In this document: positions 36,017 to 45,567 of the stretch, one piece after another
Numbering within the stretch: the first letter of the stretch is position 1
Layout: the number at the start of each line of letters is the position of its first letter
From: Candidatus Kaiserbacteria bacterium
Lineage (GTDB): Bacteria; Patescibacteriota; Minisyncoccia; Phycocordibacterales; UBA2100
Direction of reading: 5' to 3'
Length of the DNA: 64,000 bases
Assembly (NCBI GenBank): GCA_023267655.1
Contig: JAHFMV010000001.1
Span: 95,954-159,953, forward strand
Notes under the pieces: model-generated
Told to the model about the DNA's origin: nothing
What the model saw: the letters and a program-made list of their open reading frames with translations, nothing else
The model's database searches: none
Program-made: the position numbers and the translations under genes

Positions 36017-36462
36017 TCGAAGAAATTTTCAAAAAAGGAGGTTGGCAGCGGACGACGCTCTACACACTCGCGGCGCTGTTTGTCGCACTTCTCATTTTCC
36101 AAACCGGCATGTTCACCGGCGAGCGTCGCGCAGCCTTTACCTACGGCACCGGCGCCGCGTACTACAATGTCTTTGAACATCCCGAACATGGGCCTGCACA
36201 GCGCGGGTTTTTTGGGGATGCACATGGCGCGGCCGGACAGATCATCAGCCTTTCGCTTCCGACATTTGTCGTGAAGAGTCCTGATAATACGGAAAAAGTA
36301 ATTCTCATCGGCGATGCAACGGAAATCCGCCGTTTCCACGATGCGGCAACTTCGACCGACCTTGCCCCCGATGATTTTGTCGTCGTCATAGGAGAGCCGA
36401 ATAGCGACGCGCAAATTGACGCAAAACTCATTCGCATTTTGCCGCCTCCGCCAGAGCGATAA
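36013..36462 (+). CDS. Membrane-anchored DUF5666-like OB-fold protein
   Basis: TM helix then HGAAGQI...VVVIGEPNSDAQIDAKLIR. Confidence 0.65.
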   Translation: MIEEIFKKGGWQRTTLYTLAALFVALLIFQTGMFTGERRAAFTYGTGAAYYNVFEHPEHGPAQRGFFGDAHGAAGQIISLSLPTFVVKSPDNTEKVILIGDATEIRRFHDAATSTDLAPDDFVVVIGEPNSDAQIDAKLIRILPPPPER

Positions 36463-36493
36463 TATGTTCAATGCCACCGCGTTCTTCGAGTAT

Positions 36494-38284
36494 ATGAAAT
36501 CATTCAAATATTTTGTGTTCGCGCACAAGATCATTTCCACGGTGGTGCTCGTCGTGGTTCTCGGCGGCGGATATTGGGTTTACACCGCGCGCACGTCAAC
36601 CTCCGGCGAGACGCGCTACATTCTCGGGACGGTGCAAAAAGGAACGGTCATCGCGTCAATTTCCGCGAGTGGCCAAGTCGCGGCGTCGGATCAGACTGAT
36701 ATAAAAGCGAAAGCAGCGGGCGACATCGTTTCGATTTCCGCGAAAGAAGGCCAGCGTGTCGTACAGGGGCAGGCGATTGCGAGCATTGATAGTACCGACG
36801 CGCGTCGCGCCGTTACCGATGCGAAGCTCGCTGTCGAAGAAGCACAGATCAACCTCGAACACGACACGCTGCAAGCACCAATCGATTTTAAAAAGTTACA
36901 AGAAGATGTGGATCGCGCACAGCGGGACCTCGACAGCAGTTACGACGATGCGTATACCGCTCTCTCCGATGCGTTCATCAAGCTTCCCGACATAATCTCT
37001 GGCACAGATTCTATCTTGCACCACACTGACATAGTGGCGAATACTCAAAACGTGAGCGCGTATCCTGCGCTGTTCATTTCTGCGCCAACTGATCAGACGG
37101 CAATCCAGACACTCGCGACGCGCGCCGAAAATGACTATAACGCTGCTCGCGAGGCGTACACTATAAGCTTAAATGCGTTTAAAGCACTGTCGCGCGTCTC
37201 CGGTCAGCAGACGATTGCGGATACGCTGAAGCAGGCCAATGACATGTCGGCGCTTCTTGCGAAAGCCGCCGTGAGCGAAACCAATCTCATTGACTCGACA
37301 ATCGACACACTGAATCGCCGCAGCTGGAATGTCGCCGCTGCGATTCCTGCGGCACAGACCAACGCGCGCTCGTATGTCTCGAGCGCCAATTCTGTGCTCT
37401 CGAGCCTCACCGCCGCGCAAAAAAATATCCAAAACATGAAAGATGCGCTCATCGACGCGCAGCATGCGCTCCAACTTGGATCGGTCGGCGATTCAACGGG
37501 GGCGAATCCGATTTCGCTTAAATTAACCGACAACACCCTGAAGCAAAAACAGGCGGCGCTCGCCGATGCGGAGCAGGCACTGGCCGATACCGTGATCCGC
37601 GCGCCGTATCCCGGAGTGCTTGCGAAACTGACGGTGAAGCGCGCCGACACGGTCGCAAACGGCGCATCCGTCGGCACGCTCATCTCTGACCAAAAAATTG
37701 CGCAGTTGAGTTTGAACGAAGTCGATGCGGCGAAACTGAAAGTCGGTGACAAAGCGACGCTCACCTTTGACGCAATAGACACTCTCACGCTCACGGGGTC
37801 TGTCGCCGAAATCGATTCTCTTGGCACCGTCGCGCAGGGCGTTGTCTCATACACCGTAAAAATCGGATTTGATTCGGACGATGTGCGTATCAAGCCGGGG
37901 ATGACCGTGAATGCCGCGATCATCATCGACGCGCATCAAGATGTGCTCACCGTGCCTTCGAGCGCAGTGAAATCGCAGGGTGCGAATAAATATGTCCTCG
38001 TATTCAATCCCGCGCTTCCGGAGAGAGATATTTCCGCGGGCGGCGCGCAGGGTGTTACCTCAACGCAAACACCGCAGCAAATTCCGGTCGAAGTCGGTCT
38101 CTCTGATGACACCAATGTTGAGATTCTCTCGGGGCTCACGGAAGGCGAGCAGATCATCACGCGTACGATTACCGCCGCAACGGCCGCGGCGAGTACGGCA
38201 GCAACGCGGACGGGGACAGGCGGCGCTGGCGGCGCACGCGGTGGCGGCTTTGGCGCAGGCGCACCCGTCTTTATCGGTCGCTAG
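36494..38284 (+). CDS. MacA-like efflux periplasmic adaptor subunit
   Basis: ISASGQV, lipoyl halves (KEGQRV, IRAPYPG), long helical hairpin, IKPGMT, VEILSGL; alternative start at 36464. Confidence 0.9.
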   Translation: MKSFKYFVFAHKIISTVVLVVVLGGGYWVYTARTSTSGETRYILGTVQKGTVIASISASGQVAASDQTDIKAKAAGDIVSISAKEGQRVVQGQAIASIDSTDARRAVTDAKLAVEEAQINLEHDTLQAPIDFKKLQEDVDRAQRDLDSSYDDAYTALSDAFIKLPDIISGTDSILHHTDIVANTQNVSAYPALFISAPTDQTAIQTLATRAENDYNAAREAYTISLNAFKALSRVSGQQTIADTLKQANDMSALLAKAAVSETNLIDSTIDTLNRRSWNVAAAIPAAQTNARSYVSSANSVLSSLTAAQKNIQNMKDALIDAQHALQLGSVGDSTGANPISLKLTDNTLKQKQAALADAEQALADTVIRAPYPGVLAKLTVKRADTVANGASVGTLISDQKIAQLSLNEVDAAKLKVGDKATLTFDAIDTLTLTGSVAEIDSLGTVAQGVVSYTVKIGFDSDDVRIKPGMTVNAAIIIDAHQDVLTVPSSAVKSQGANKYVLVFNPALPERDISAGGAQGVTSTQTPQQIPVEVGLSDDTNVEILSGLTEGEQIITRTITAATAAASTAATRTGTGGAGGARGGGFGAGAPVFIGR

Positions 38285-38290
38285 TACCAC

Positions 38291-39004
38291 ATGATTGAAA
38301 TCAAGGACATTACGAAATCCTATGGCGAGGGAGACGCGGCGTTCCAGGCGCTGAAAGGCGTTACGTTTACGATTGAAGACGGCGAGTTTGTTGCGATCAT
38401 GGGACCATCCGGAAGCGGTAAATCGACGCTCATGCACATCCTCGGCTGCCTTGATACACCGACAAGTGGCACCTATCTCCTCGATGGTAAAGACGTCTCG
38501 ACCTTCGATGACGAACGCCTCGCCGATATTCGCAAGGACAAAATCGGATTTGTATTCCAATCGTTCAACCTTTTGCCGCGTACCAGCGTGCTCCGTAACG
38601 TCATGCTGCCTCTTGTGTACGCCGGCGTCGGCGAAAAAGAGCGTGAAGAGCGCGCGACAAAGGCTTTGCACGCTGCGGGGCTGACCGAATTGCATTTCCA
38701 GCACAAATCAAACCAAATTTCCGGCGGCCAGATCCAGCGCGTCGCGATCGCACGAGCGCTTGTGAACGACCCGACGCTCATCCTCGCGGACGAACCGACG
38801 GGTAATCTCGACACAAAAACGGGCGAGATTGTGCTCGGCACATTCCAGAAATTAAACAAAGAACACGGCCGCACGGTGATCTTGATTACGCACGAGCATG
38901 ACGTTGCCGCGCATGCGGAGCGAATTATTACACTTCGCGACGGATTGATTGTGAGTGATTCAAAAAAGCATGCGAGGAAGCATGCGAGACATGTGCATGA
39001 TTAA
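38291..39004 (+). CDS. MacB/LolD-type ABC ATP-binding protein
   Basis: GPSGSGKST, ISGGQIQR, LADEPTGNLD. Confidence 0.95.
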   Translation: MIEIKDITKSYGEGDAAFQALKGVTFTIEDGEFVAIMGPSGSGKSTLMHILGCLDTPTSGTYLLDGKDVSTFDDERLADIRKDKIGFVFQSFNLLPRTSVLRNVMLPLVYAGVGEKEREERATKALHAAGLTELHFQHKSNQISGGQIQRVAIARALVNDPTLILADEPTGNLDTKTGEIVLGTFQKLNKEHGRTVILITHEHDVAAHAERIITLRDGLIVSDSKKHARKHARHVHD

Positions 39005-39111
39005 TTTTCAATTATCAATTTCCAGTTTTCATTCAAGGCTCAATGTATTAATTTTCAAACATTGAAACATTGGAAATTCATTGAAAATTGCAAAATTATA
39101 AGTTGAAAATT
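39003..39111. repeat. Heptad-periodic (AATTTTC) AT-rich hairpin element
   Basis: aattttc aattatc aatttcc agttttc ... gaaaatt gcaaaatt ataagtt gaaaatt; homologous to 15028-15151. Confidence 0.8.
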
Positions 39112-39118
39112 CTTACGT

Positions 39119-40345
39119 ATGAAAATGTCCGATACTCTCCACGAGACCTATAGCGCGTTATCTGCAAACAAGGTCAGATCAGGTTTGACGATCCTCGGCA
39201 TTGTGATCGGCATTTCATCGGTGATCGCGATGGTCTCGATCGGCACCGGCGCGTCTGACCGCATTTCATCATCGATTGAGTCACTCGGATCGAACCTGAT
39301 TCAAATCACGCCGGGCGCACAGCGGACGCAAGGATTTGGCGCAAGCGGCGGCCGCGGCGGCGCAAAGACGCTGACGAACGACGATGCGGGCGCGATCGCG
39401 ACGCAAGTCGGGAATGTGCAAGCAGTTGATTCACAAGTCAGTGGCCGTTACCAAATAACCGCAAAAGGGACGAACACGAATACCAGTGTGCAAGGGGTTA
39501 CTTCCGCGTATCCGCAGATTCGCAATCTGGAAATTGCGGAAGGCTCGTTCATTTCTGATTCGCAGAACGATTCCGCGGCGAAAGTCGCCGTCCTTGGCCC
39601 CACGACACGCGACGATCTTTTTGGAATCGATGCGACAGGAGTCGTCGGGCAATCAATTCGCATCAAGGGGCTGGAGTTCAAAGTGATCGGTATTTCGGTC
39701 GCAAAAGGCGGCAGCGGTTTTATGAACCAGGACGACATGATCTATATTCCGGTTAAAAGTGCACAGCGGTATTTTTCGGGCGACCAGTATTTGACGACCA
39801 TCGCGGTGCAGGCGACGTCGCAGGGCGTGATGACGCAAGTGCAACAGGACATTACCGATCTCTTGCTCGCGCGTCACAAAATCAGTGACTCGACGCAAGC
39901 GGATTTTTCCGTCTTGAACCAGAATGACATCCTTGGCGCCGCATCAAGCGTCACGACGACCCTCACGTATCTTCTCGCCGCGATCGGCGGGATTTCGCTC
40001 CTTGTGGGCGGGATCGGCATCATGAACATGATGCTCACGACGGTGACGGAACGCACCAAAGAAATCGGCTTGCGCAAAGCGATCGGCGCAAAGAGAAAAG
40101 ACATCTCGACGCAGTTCCTCGCGGAAGCTATCGCGCTCACCATGATCGGCGGTGTTGTTGGGATTGCACTGGGATGGGCGATATCACTCGCGGTGAATTT
40201 GACCGGGCTGGTGACCACGAGTGTCTCCCCGGTGTCGGTCGTGATCGCCTTCGGCGTCTCCGCTCTCACCGGCATCATCTTCGGTTGGTATCCCGCTCGC
40301 AAGGCGGCCGCCATGAATCCGATTGATGCTCTGCGGTATGAATAA
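39119..40345 (+). CDS. MacB-type ABC permease
   Basis: RSGLTILGIVIG, LLVGGIGIMN, ERTKEIGLRKAIGA, NPIDALRYE. Confidence 0.95.
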   Translation: MKMSDTLHETYSALSANKVRSGLTILGIVIGISSVIAMVSIGTGASDRISSSIESLGSNLIQITPGAQRTQGFGASGGRGGAKTLTNDDAGAIATQVGNVQAVDSQVSGRYQITAKGTNTNTSVQGVTSAYPQIRNLEIAEGSFISDSQNDSAAKVAVLGPTTRDDLFGIDATGVVGQSIRIKGLEFKVIGISVAKGGSGFMNQDDMIYIPVKSAQRYFSGDQYLTTIAVQATSQGVMTQVQQDITDLLLARHKISDSTQADFSVLNQNDILGAASSVTTTLTYLLAAIGGISLLVGGIGIMNMMLTTVTERTKEIGLRKAIGAKRKDISTQFLAEAIALTMIGGVVGIALGWAISLAVNLTGLVTTSVSPVSVVIAFGVSALTGIIFGWYPARKAAAMNPIDALRYE

Positions 40346-40422
40346 ATTTCTCGCAAAAATGGTTAAAGAAAAAGACCCGCTATGTTGCCATAACGGGCCT
40401 AAAGTCAGTGTGGTCTTTCTCG

Positions 40423-40707
40423 CTAGCCACGGGTGTGACGGATGTGCTTCATGTAGCTCGGCTCGTCCTCATTTTCTTTGTCGAGTCGGTCGAGTTCCGT
40501 TTCATGACGCCACGTTGCGATGATCAGCGGTATTGCAGCAATGACGCCGAGAAGGATTGCTAACTCACGTCCTCCCGAGGCTGCTTTCTCTGCGGCCAGA
40601 TAGACCGCTCCGGCTATTGCGGGTATGCCGACAAGTGCGGCGATCGCCCACAACACCCAGACATTTGCGCCGACGTGCCACCACGGCACGTGCTTTTGAG
40701 ATTCCAT
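40423..40707 (-). CDS. Hypothetical two-TM membrane protein
   Basis: AAGGAG SD before MESQKHVPWW; two hydrophobic helices. Confidence 0.6.
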   Translation of the reverse strand: MESQKHVPWWHVGANVWVLWAIAALVGIPAIAGAVYLAAEKAASGGRELAILLGVIAAIPLIIATWRHETELDRLDKENEDEPSYMKHIRHTRG

Positions 40708-40724
40708 AGTTGCTCTCCTTTGCA

Positions 40725-41222
40725 TTAGAAAGTCCCACGTCCTGCCGTATAGATTATCCAACCAAGCGAGCCAGCGCAAGTTGCCGACCATAGGTACTGG
40801 GCAACGACACTCATAATCCTTACGCCACCGCGAAAGGATATTTCGCGTGCTCGAATTGCGGATGGAAAATCAATGGCAGAGAAAACAACAACGCCCGTTT
40901 CGGTGCCCCACTTCATTTCGAGTGCGGCAAAGCAGCCTGTGTAGAAGTCGATGAACCGATTTTCTCTACGCACTTGCCTGCGCCACATAAAGTTCAGACT
41001 TGCCCCGATGAGTGATATCAGAGCAGGAGCAATCCAATACCGTCCTTAGATGCCATTTCCGCTCAAATTTATAACCCACCCCAAGAGTGCAGCATTTGCT
41101 GCCATATAGACAATGGTTCTTTGCAACCGCGACGTTGATGCCTGCGCTCTCGATTGGCAAACTCCGATATACATTGCACTGGATGGCACGAGGATAGGTT
41201 TCTTTTCAGGTTCGTCTGCCAT
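40725..41222 (-). pseudogene. Multi-TM membrane protein interrupted by one in-frame TAA at 41046-41048
   Basis: AAGGAG SD, then MADEPEKK...NLSGNGI*GRYWIAPALISLIGASLNFMWRR... continuing in frame into ORF 40725-40988. Confidence 0.65.
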
Positions 41223-41314
41223 GTCGGGACTCCTTGTTTCCCATCTCTACTTGCGGCATACTGACACATAAATGACATTGAGGCAAATCGCACCAGAAGT
41301 AGTACGATCAACGT

Positions 41315-41764
41315 ATGAAGCAGTATATGAATCCTAAAATCATCGGGGCGGTTATTGGCATCATCAGTATTGCAGGTGGGGCATTTTACGGCGGGACGGT
41401 CTACGCTAAGGCGCAAAATCTGCAACGAGGTGGCATGGCGGGGCAATTTCAACGCACAGGTGCTGGGGGTGCGCGCGGACCAGGAGGCATGGCGGGCGGA
41501 TTTACGGCAGGAGAAATCCTTTCAAAAGACGCTACATCACTCACGATAAAGATGCAGGACGGTAGTACCAAAATCGTGCTCTTCTCCGGTTCCACAATGA
41601 TCACCAAAAGTGCATCGGGGACGCCGCAAGACCTAACGACAGGTGAGCGCGTGACGGTGATGGGTAGCGCGAATTCCGACGGTTCCTTGACGGCGCAAAA
41701 TATCCTTCTGGGAGGCGGTTTCGGATTCACACGCATGGGTGGGCAAAATCCGATGATGCGCTAA
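41315..41764 (+). CDS. Membrane-anchored DUF5666-like protein
   Basis: GGAFYGG TM end, Gly-rich linker, GEILSKD...GSTKIV...GSLTAQNI. Confidence 0.75.
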   Translation: MKQYMNPKIIGAVIGIISIAGGAFYGGTVYAKAQNLQRGGMAGQFQRTGAGGARGPGGMAGGFTAGEILSKDATSLTIKMQDGSTKIVLFSGSTMITKSASGTPQDLTTGERVTVMGSANSDGSLTAQNILLGGGFGFTRMGGQNPMMR

Positions 41765-41766
41765 GG

Positions 41767-41825
41767 CATACAAGGTCGAACCTTGTATGTGGCTCAACAG
41801 AGCCTCAAGAAAGGTTAAACCTTTC
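41767..41825. repeat. REP-like doublet between convergent genes
   Basis: catacaaggtcgaaccttgtatg ... gaaaggttaaacctttc. Confidence 0.75.
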
Positions 41826-41833
41826 GGTAAAAG

Positions 41834-42742
41834 TTAATCGAAGATTTTGACCAAGTACGTATTAATCTCGCGCTGATCAAGGTCGTAAAAGTATTTGCCG
41901 TCTGCGTGTAATTTTGTCGCAAGCTCGACACCAACGTACCGCCAGTGCCACGGCTCGTAGGTGAAATACTTGTTGCCTTTGGGATAGGAAAGTATGAAGC
42001 CGTACTCGTGTGCATGCTGCTGCAACCACGTAAAGCCCGAGGATTTGTCGAACGCTGCCAGTGATTCGCCGCCTTGCGGTGTCGTGAAATCGACTGTCGA
42101 GCCGAGTTGGTGTTCGGAATATCCTTGATCGGCAGAAAAAGAATTCGCCGTCCCCGCGCCGTAGGTTATTTTGTAGCTCGTCTTCAGATTCGCCTGCGTG
42201 CCAAACGAGCGATACGCAGAGAGGACGAGGAGCGGCGCGTTGTCTGCGGTTGCATTGTGCAGTAGGCGTTCAAGCTGCGTTTTTATTTGCGCATGAATTT
42301 CGAGCGTCACATTTTTGTTCAGCGTGTATTGTGAATCAATGTTCGTAAGCGATGCGGGAACGAAATTTTCGCTCAAAAAATACACATTCGAATATTTCTG
42401 CAGCAATTCACGGTCGGTCTTTGATAATTTATCGAGCATTGCGACCGTTGAGACGAGTGATTCCACCTTTTGGCCGTATTCGTTGTTTCGATCGACTTCG
42501 TCGTGCAGTCGTTCATGGAGCGTGGTATTTTCTGTTTCCGCATCCGCGAGTTTCGTGCTCATATCAGTGATCGTACTTTCGAACTGCATCGTCGACGACG
42601 CGAAATCCTGTTTAGCTTTCGCAAAATCCGCTCGCACCGCATAGTCGCTATATCCACCCGCTCCCACCGCAAGCACCACAACAGCAACCCCGCCCGCGAC
42701 ATAAACTAAAGGAACTTCCATCTCAAGAATCTTTTTCACCAT
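41834..42742 (-). CDS. M15B (VanY-like) D-Ala-D-Ala carboxypeptidase with TM anchor and coiled coil
   Basis: SAYRSF, SEHQLGSTVD, YEPWHWRYVG. Confidence 0.92.
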   Translation of the reverse strand: MVKKILEMEVPLVYVAGGVAVVVLAVGAGGYSDYAVRADFAKAKQDFASSTMQFESTITDMSTKLADAETENTTLHERLHDEVDRNNEYGQKVESLVSTVAMLDKLSKTDRELLQKYSNVYFLSENFVPASLTNIDSQYTLNKNVTLEIHAQIKTQLERLLHNATADNAPLLVLSAYRSFGTQANLKTSYKITYGAGTANSFSADQGYSEHQLGSTVDFTTPQGGESLAAFDKSSGFTWLQQHAHEYGFILSYPKGNKYFTYEPWHWRYVGVELATKLHADGKYFYDLDQREINTYLVKIFD

Positions 42743-42864
42743 GGGATTTTAGCACCATCGGCAATCCTTGACGCACAAGAAATAAAGACGTACAAATATG
42801 AAAGATGTGCCATCGGTACGTCGTTTGGGCCGAAGTGAGCCCTCCAAACCAAGGAGAAATCACG

Positions 42865-43275
42865 GTGTATAAGAGCATCACGAAGCGTTTTTCGAGATCT
42901 GTCCGCGAAATGATCGACGAAACCGGCTATGCGTCAGCGTCGCTGGCCGAGGCGATGGACTTTGTCAGCAGGCTTGAGATGGTCATCATCGGTGGTTGTC
43001 GAGCAGGTCAGCATCAGGAGCTAAACGAATTCCTGATTCCCGGTCGTCAGCATTATGCGGCTGTGCGCAACCTTTTTCGGCTGTTGCATCGAGTCACTGT
43101 GGAGTATACGCACGAACGTCTGACGGGTATTCGCGTAACCATCAAGTGGCATATGCAGCGGGGTGTCGAGCAGTCGAATATCGACACGACCCATGGCGAA
43201 TTGAATGTCACGTTTATCCACGCGCGCGTCGTTGCCATCGGCTTCACTGAGAATCTATTTCAGTACCGACCCTAG
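42865..43275 (+). CDS. Hypothetical protein
   Basis: AAGGAG SD before a GTG start, within ORF 42805-43275. Confidence 0.55.
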   Translation: MYKSITKRFSRSVREMIDETGYASASLAEAMDFVSRLEMVIIGGCRAGQHQELNEFLIPGRQHYAAVRNLFRLLHRVTVEYTHERLTGIRVTIKWHMQRGVEQSNIDTTHGELNVTFIHARVVAIGFTENLFQYRP

Positions 43276-43394
43276 CGGCGTTTTTTTAGCCGGTCGTTCC
43301 GAACTGGGACGGCCGGCGATTCTTTTTATACCATTGCGACCGTAAGTGGCGGGGAGTTTTCATTTCAGAATTACCTCTAAGCGAGACGGCGCCT

Positions 43395-43509
43395 CGATTT
43401 GAAAATTGGCAAACGACGCCGGAAAAGCTCAGCGAGGTTGTAAGACTTGGCCTAGCGGCCCGGAGCGCAACCGAGAGGAGGTTTTCCGGCGGCGTCAATT
43501 TTCAAATCG
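43395..43509. repeat. About 115-bp structured repeat or MITE, copy B (inverted relative to copy A)
   Basis: 14-bp terminal IR cgatttgaaaattg/caattttcaaatcg; interior matches 9516-9603. Confidence 0.9.
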
Positions 43510-43543
43510 TGGACGCCGCGAGCGGGCGATTGGAAAGAGAACG

Positions 43544-44728
43544 TCAAATCCGCCGATGCGAATAGTCGACGGCGACTTCATCCAGTACTTTGCGTCGCCG
43601 GAGCGAGTGGTCGGAGGCGGGGACTGCCGTTGAGGGGAGGGAGATGGAGATGGTGGTGCCGCGGCCGACGGCGCTGCGCACGGTGATTTTGCCGCGATGC
43701 AGCTTTACGAGCTCCGACACGATCGCGAGCCCAAGACCCGAGCCGCCATAGGAGCGGTTGCGTGATTGTTCCGCGCGATAGAACGGTTCGAAAATATGGA
43801 ACAGATCTTGCCGCGCGATGCCCGCACCGGAGTCCGACACAATAATTTCCACATGCGACGGCGAACCGTTTCCCGGCGTACTAATCTGTTCGACCGTGAC
43901 CGAGATCCGCCCACCGCGCGGCGTGTAGTTGATCGCATTTTTGACGACATTCATGATGATCTGCTCGAGCCCCGCCGGATTCCCCCATACATAACTCGAA
44001 TCGCCTTTGCGAAAATTCATTGCAAGGTTGCGCGCTCGCGCCAAATTCTCTAATTTTTCCATAACACCCGCAGCGATATCTCCCGCGTTGACCGCAGAAA
44101 ATTCAATGCGCTCTGGCCTGACGCTTGCTGAAAGCGAGAGAAGGTTGTTGATGATCTGTGACGCGCGATCTAATTCTTCGACTGTGCTGTTCATGATTGC
44201 CTGTGTATCTGGCGGGATTTCTTGCGAGAGGAGCGCGACTTCGGTGTTCGTCTTAATAACGGCGAGCGGCGTGCGGAGTTCATGCGCGACATTGCCGATG
44301 AATTGCTTTTGCGACGCAAGCGCGTTGCGTGTGGGCCCGAGCGCGATGCGCGTGAGGAGATAGCCGAATGCGATCGTAGCCGCGGCGGTGATAAACGAAA
44401 TCGCGGAGAGATTTTGCGTGCGGATATCGCTCAGCGCTGGAATCATTTGCGCTATCGGCGCGGTCGAGGATGCCGCGATGGATTCGCGTACGCCGCCGAT
44501 TATCGCGACGGAAATGTCGTGGTACAGGTAATCAATGACGATGCTCACGAGGATTAGGAGGAAAATCGAGAACACACCGAGCATTCCGATAACATTCACC
44601 TGCGTGCGGAGGAACGGATCGTACTGATATTTATCCGCGAAGGCGGTAGCCGATGCCACGGACCGTTTCCAGAATGTTCGGATCGCCTGCGGTAGCCAAT
44701 TTGCGTCGAAGATTTTTGACATGGACAT
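43544..44728 (-). CDS. Sensor histidine kinase
   Basis: Two TM helices, AHELRTPL, NAINY, DSGAGI, GSGLGL; start uncertain because it overlaps the regulator. Confidence 0.9.
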   Translation of the reverse strand: MSMSKIFDANWLPQAIRTFWKRSVASATAFADKYQYDPFLRTQVNVIGMLGVFSIFLLILVSIVIDYLYHDISVAIIGGVRESIAASSTAPIAQMIPALSDIRTQNLSAISFITAAATIAFGYLLTRIALGPTRNALASQKQFIGNVAHELRTPLAVIKTNTEVALLSQEIPPDTQAIMNSTVEELDRASQIINNLLSLSASVRPERIEFSAVNAGDIAAGVMEKLENLARARNLAMNFRKGDSSYVWGNPAGLEQIIMNVVKNAINYTPRGGRISVTVEQISTPGNGSPSHVEIIVSDSGAGIARQDLFHIFEPFYRAEQSRNRSYGGSGLGLAIVSELVKLHRGKITVRSAVGRGTTISISLPSTAVPASDHSLRRRKVLDEVAVDYSHRRI

Positions 44729-45305
44729 CTACTACGTTGCTAAAGGACTCGTAATTGAAATCCCAGAGGTGCGAGAGCAGGTCTTCACGGTTAATGACTT
44801 GGTTCGGATGTCGCATGAAGTATTCAAGGAGGCCAAACTCTTTCAGTGTGAGCGGGATTTCTTTGGTCTCGCGCGTGACCGTGCGCAATGCGGGATTCAG
44901 TTCAATGTTTTCGACTTTGAGCACATCCGGCATCGATTCATTCGGGCGGCGCAGAAGTGCGTGCACGCGCGCCGTCAACTCCTCAAACGAGAACGGCTTC
45001 ACGAGATAGTCGTCGGCGCCCGAGAGGAGGAGATCAACTTTTGTGTCGGTTTCGCTCCGCGCGGTGAGGATGAGTATCGGCGTTGTGACGCCCATTTCGC
45101 GCGCCTGTTTACAAATTTCGTGCCCGTCCATGGAGGGAAGCATCAGATCGAGGATAATAAGGTCGTAATCCATACGATGGAGCGACATGCGGGTGAGCGC
45201 CTTTTTTCCATCATTGATGGTATCGACGCTGTAGCCCTTGAGCGTGAGCCCCTTGGCCACGGCATCTGCGAGCTTCTTTTCATCTTCAACAACAAGTATT
45301 TTCAT
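44631..45305 (-). CDS. OmpR-family response regulator
   Basis: LVVED, DLMLP, ADDYLVKPF, VVDVHV, TVRGIGY. Confidence 0.95.
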   Translation of the reverse strand: MKILVVEDEKKLADAVAKGLTLKGYSVDTINDGKKALTRMSLHRMDYDLIILDLMLPSMDGHEICKQAREMGVTTPILILTARSETDTKVDLLLSGADDYLVKPFSFEELTARVHALLRRPNESMPDVLKVENIELNPALRTVTRETKEIPLTLKEFGLLEYFMRHPNQVINREDLLSHLWDFNYESFSNVVDVHVKNLRRKLATAGDPNILETVRGIGYRLRG

Positions 45306-45427
45306 CCCGTTAGAAATAGGACGCGGACGAGTGTCCGGAGAACCCTATTTTGTTAATTTTCGTAAATAAAATCCTATCGTGTCCCGTTGTGTTCCGAACC
45401 GAGTCCGCTATTTCTAACGGGATTCAT
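45301..45427. mobile_element. CCCGTTAGA...TCTAACGGG MITE-like element with 5-bp direct repeats
   Basis: IR atcccgttagaaatag/ctatttctaacgggat; ttcat on both flanks. Confidence 0.75.
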
Positions 45428-45567
45428 AGAGATTTGTTAGCGGCTAATCCAATAATGAACTAGGCTTTGTACATTCTACTCTTCGGCGGATGAACACTTC
45501 ATGAAGACGCCTGTATATAACGACGCATGTCTTGAGAATGGCTTCCCTAAAGGCTTTTTAGACGACG

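Noticed and set aside
44631-44728. 98-bp overlap of response regulator and kinase as a special feature
   Set aside because: The kinase start is uncertain and may be downstream; overlaps are common in two-component operons.
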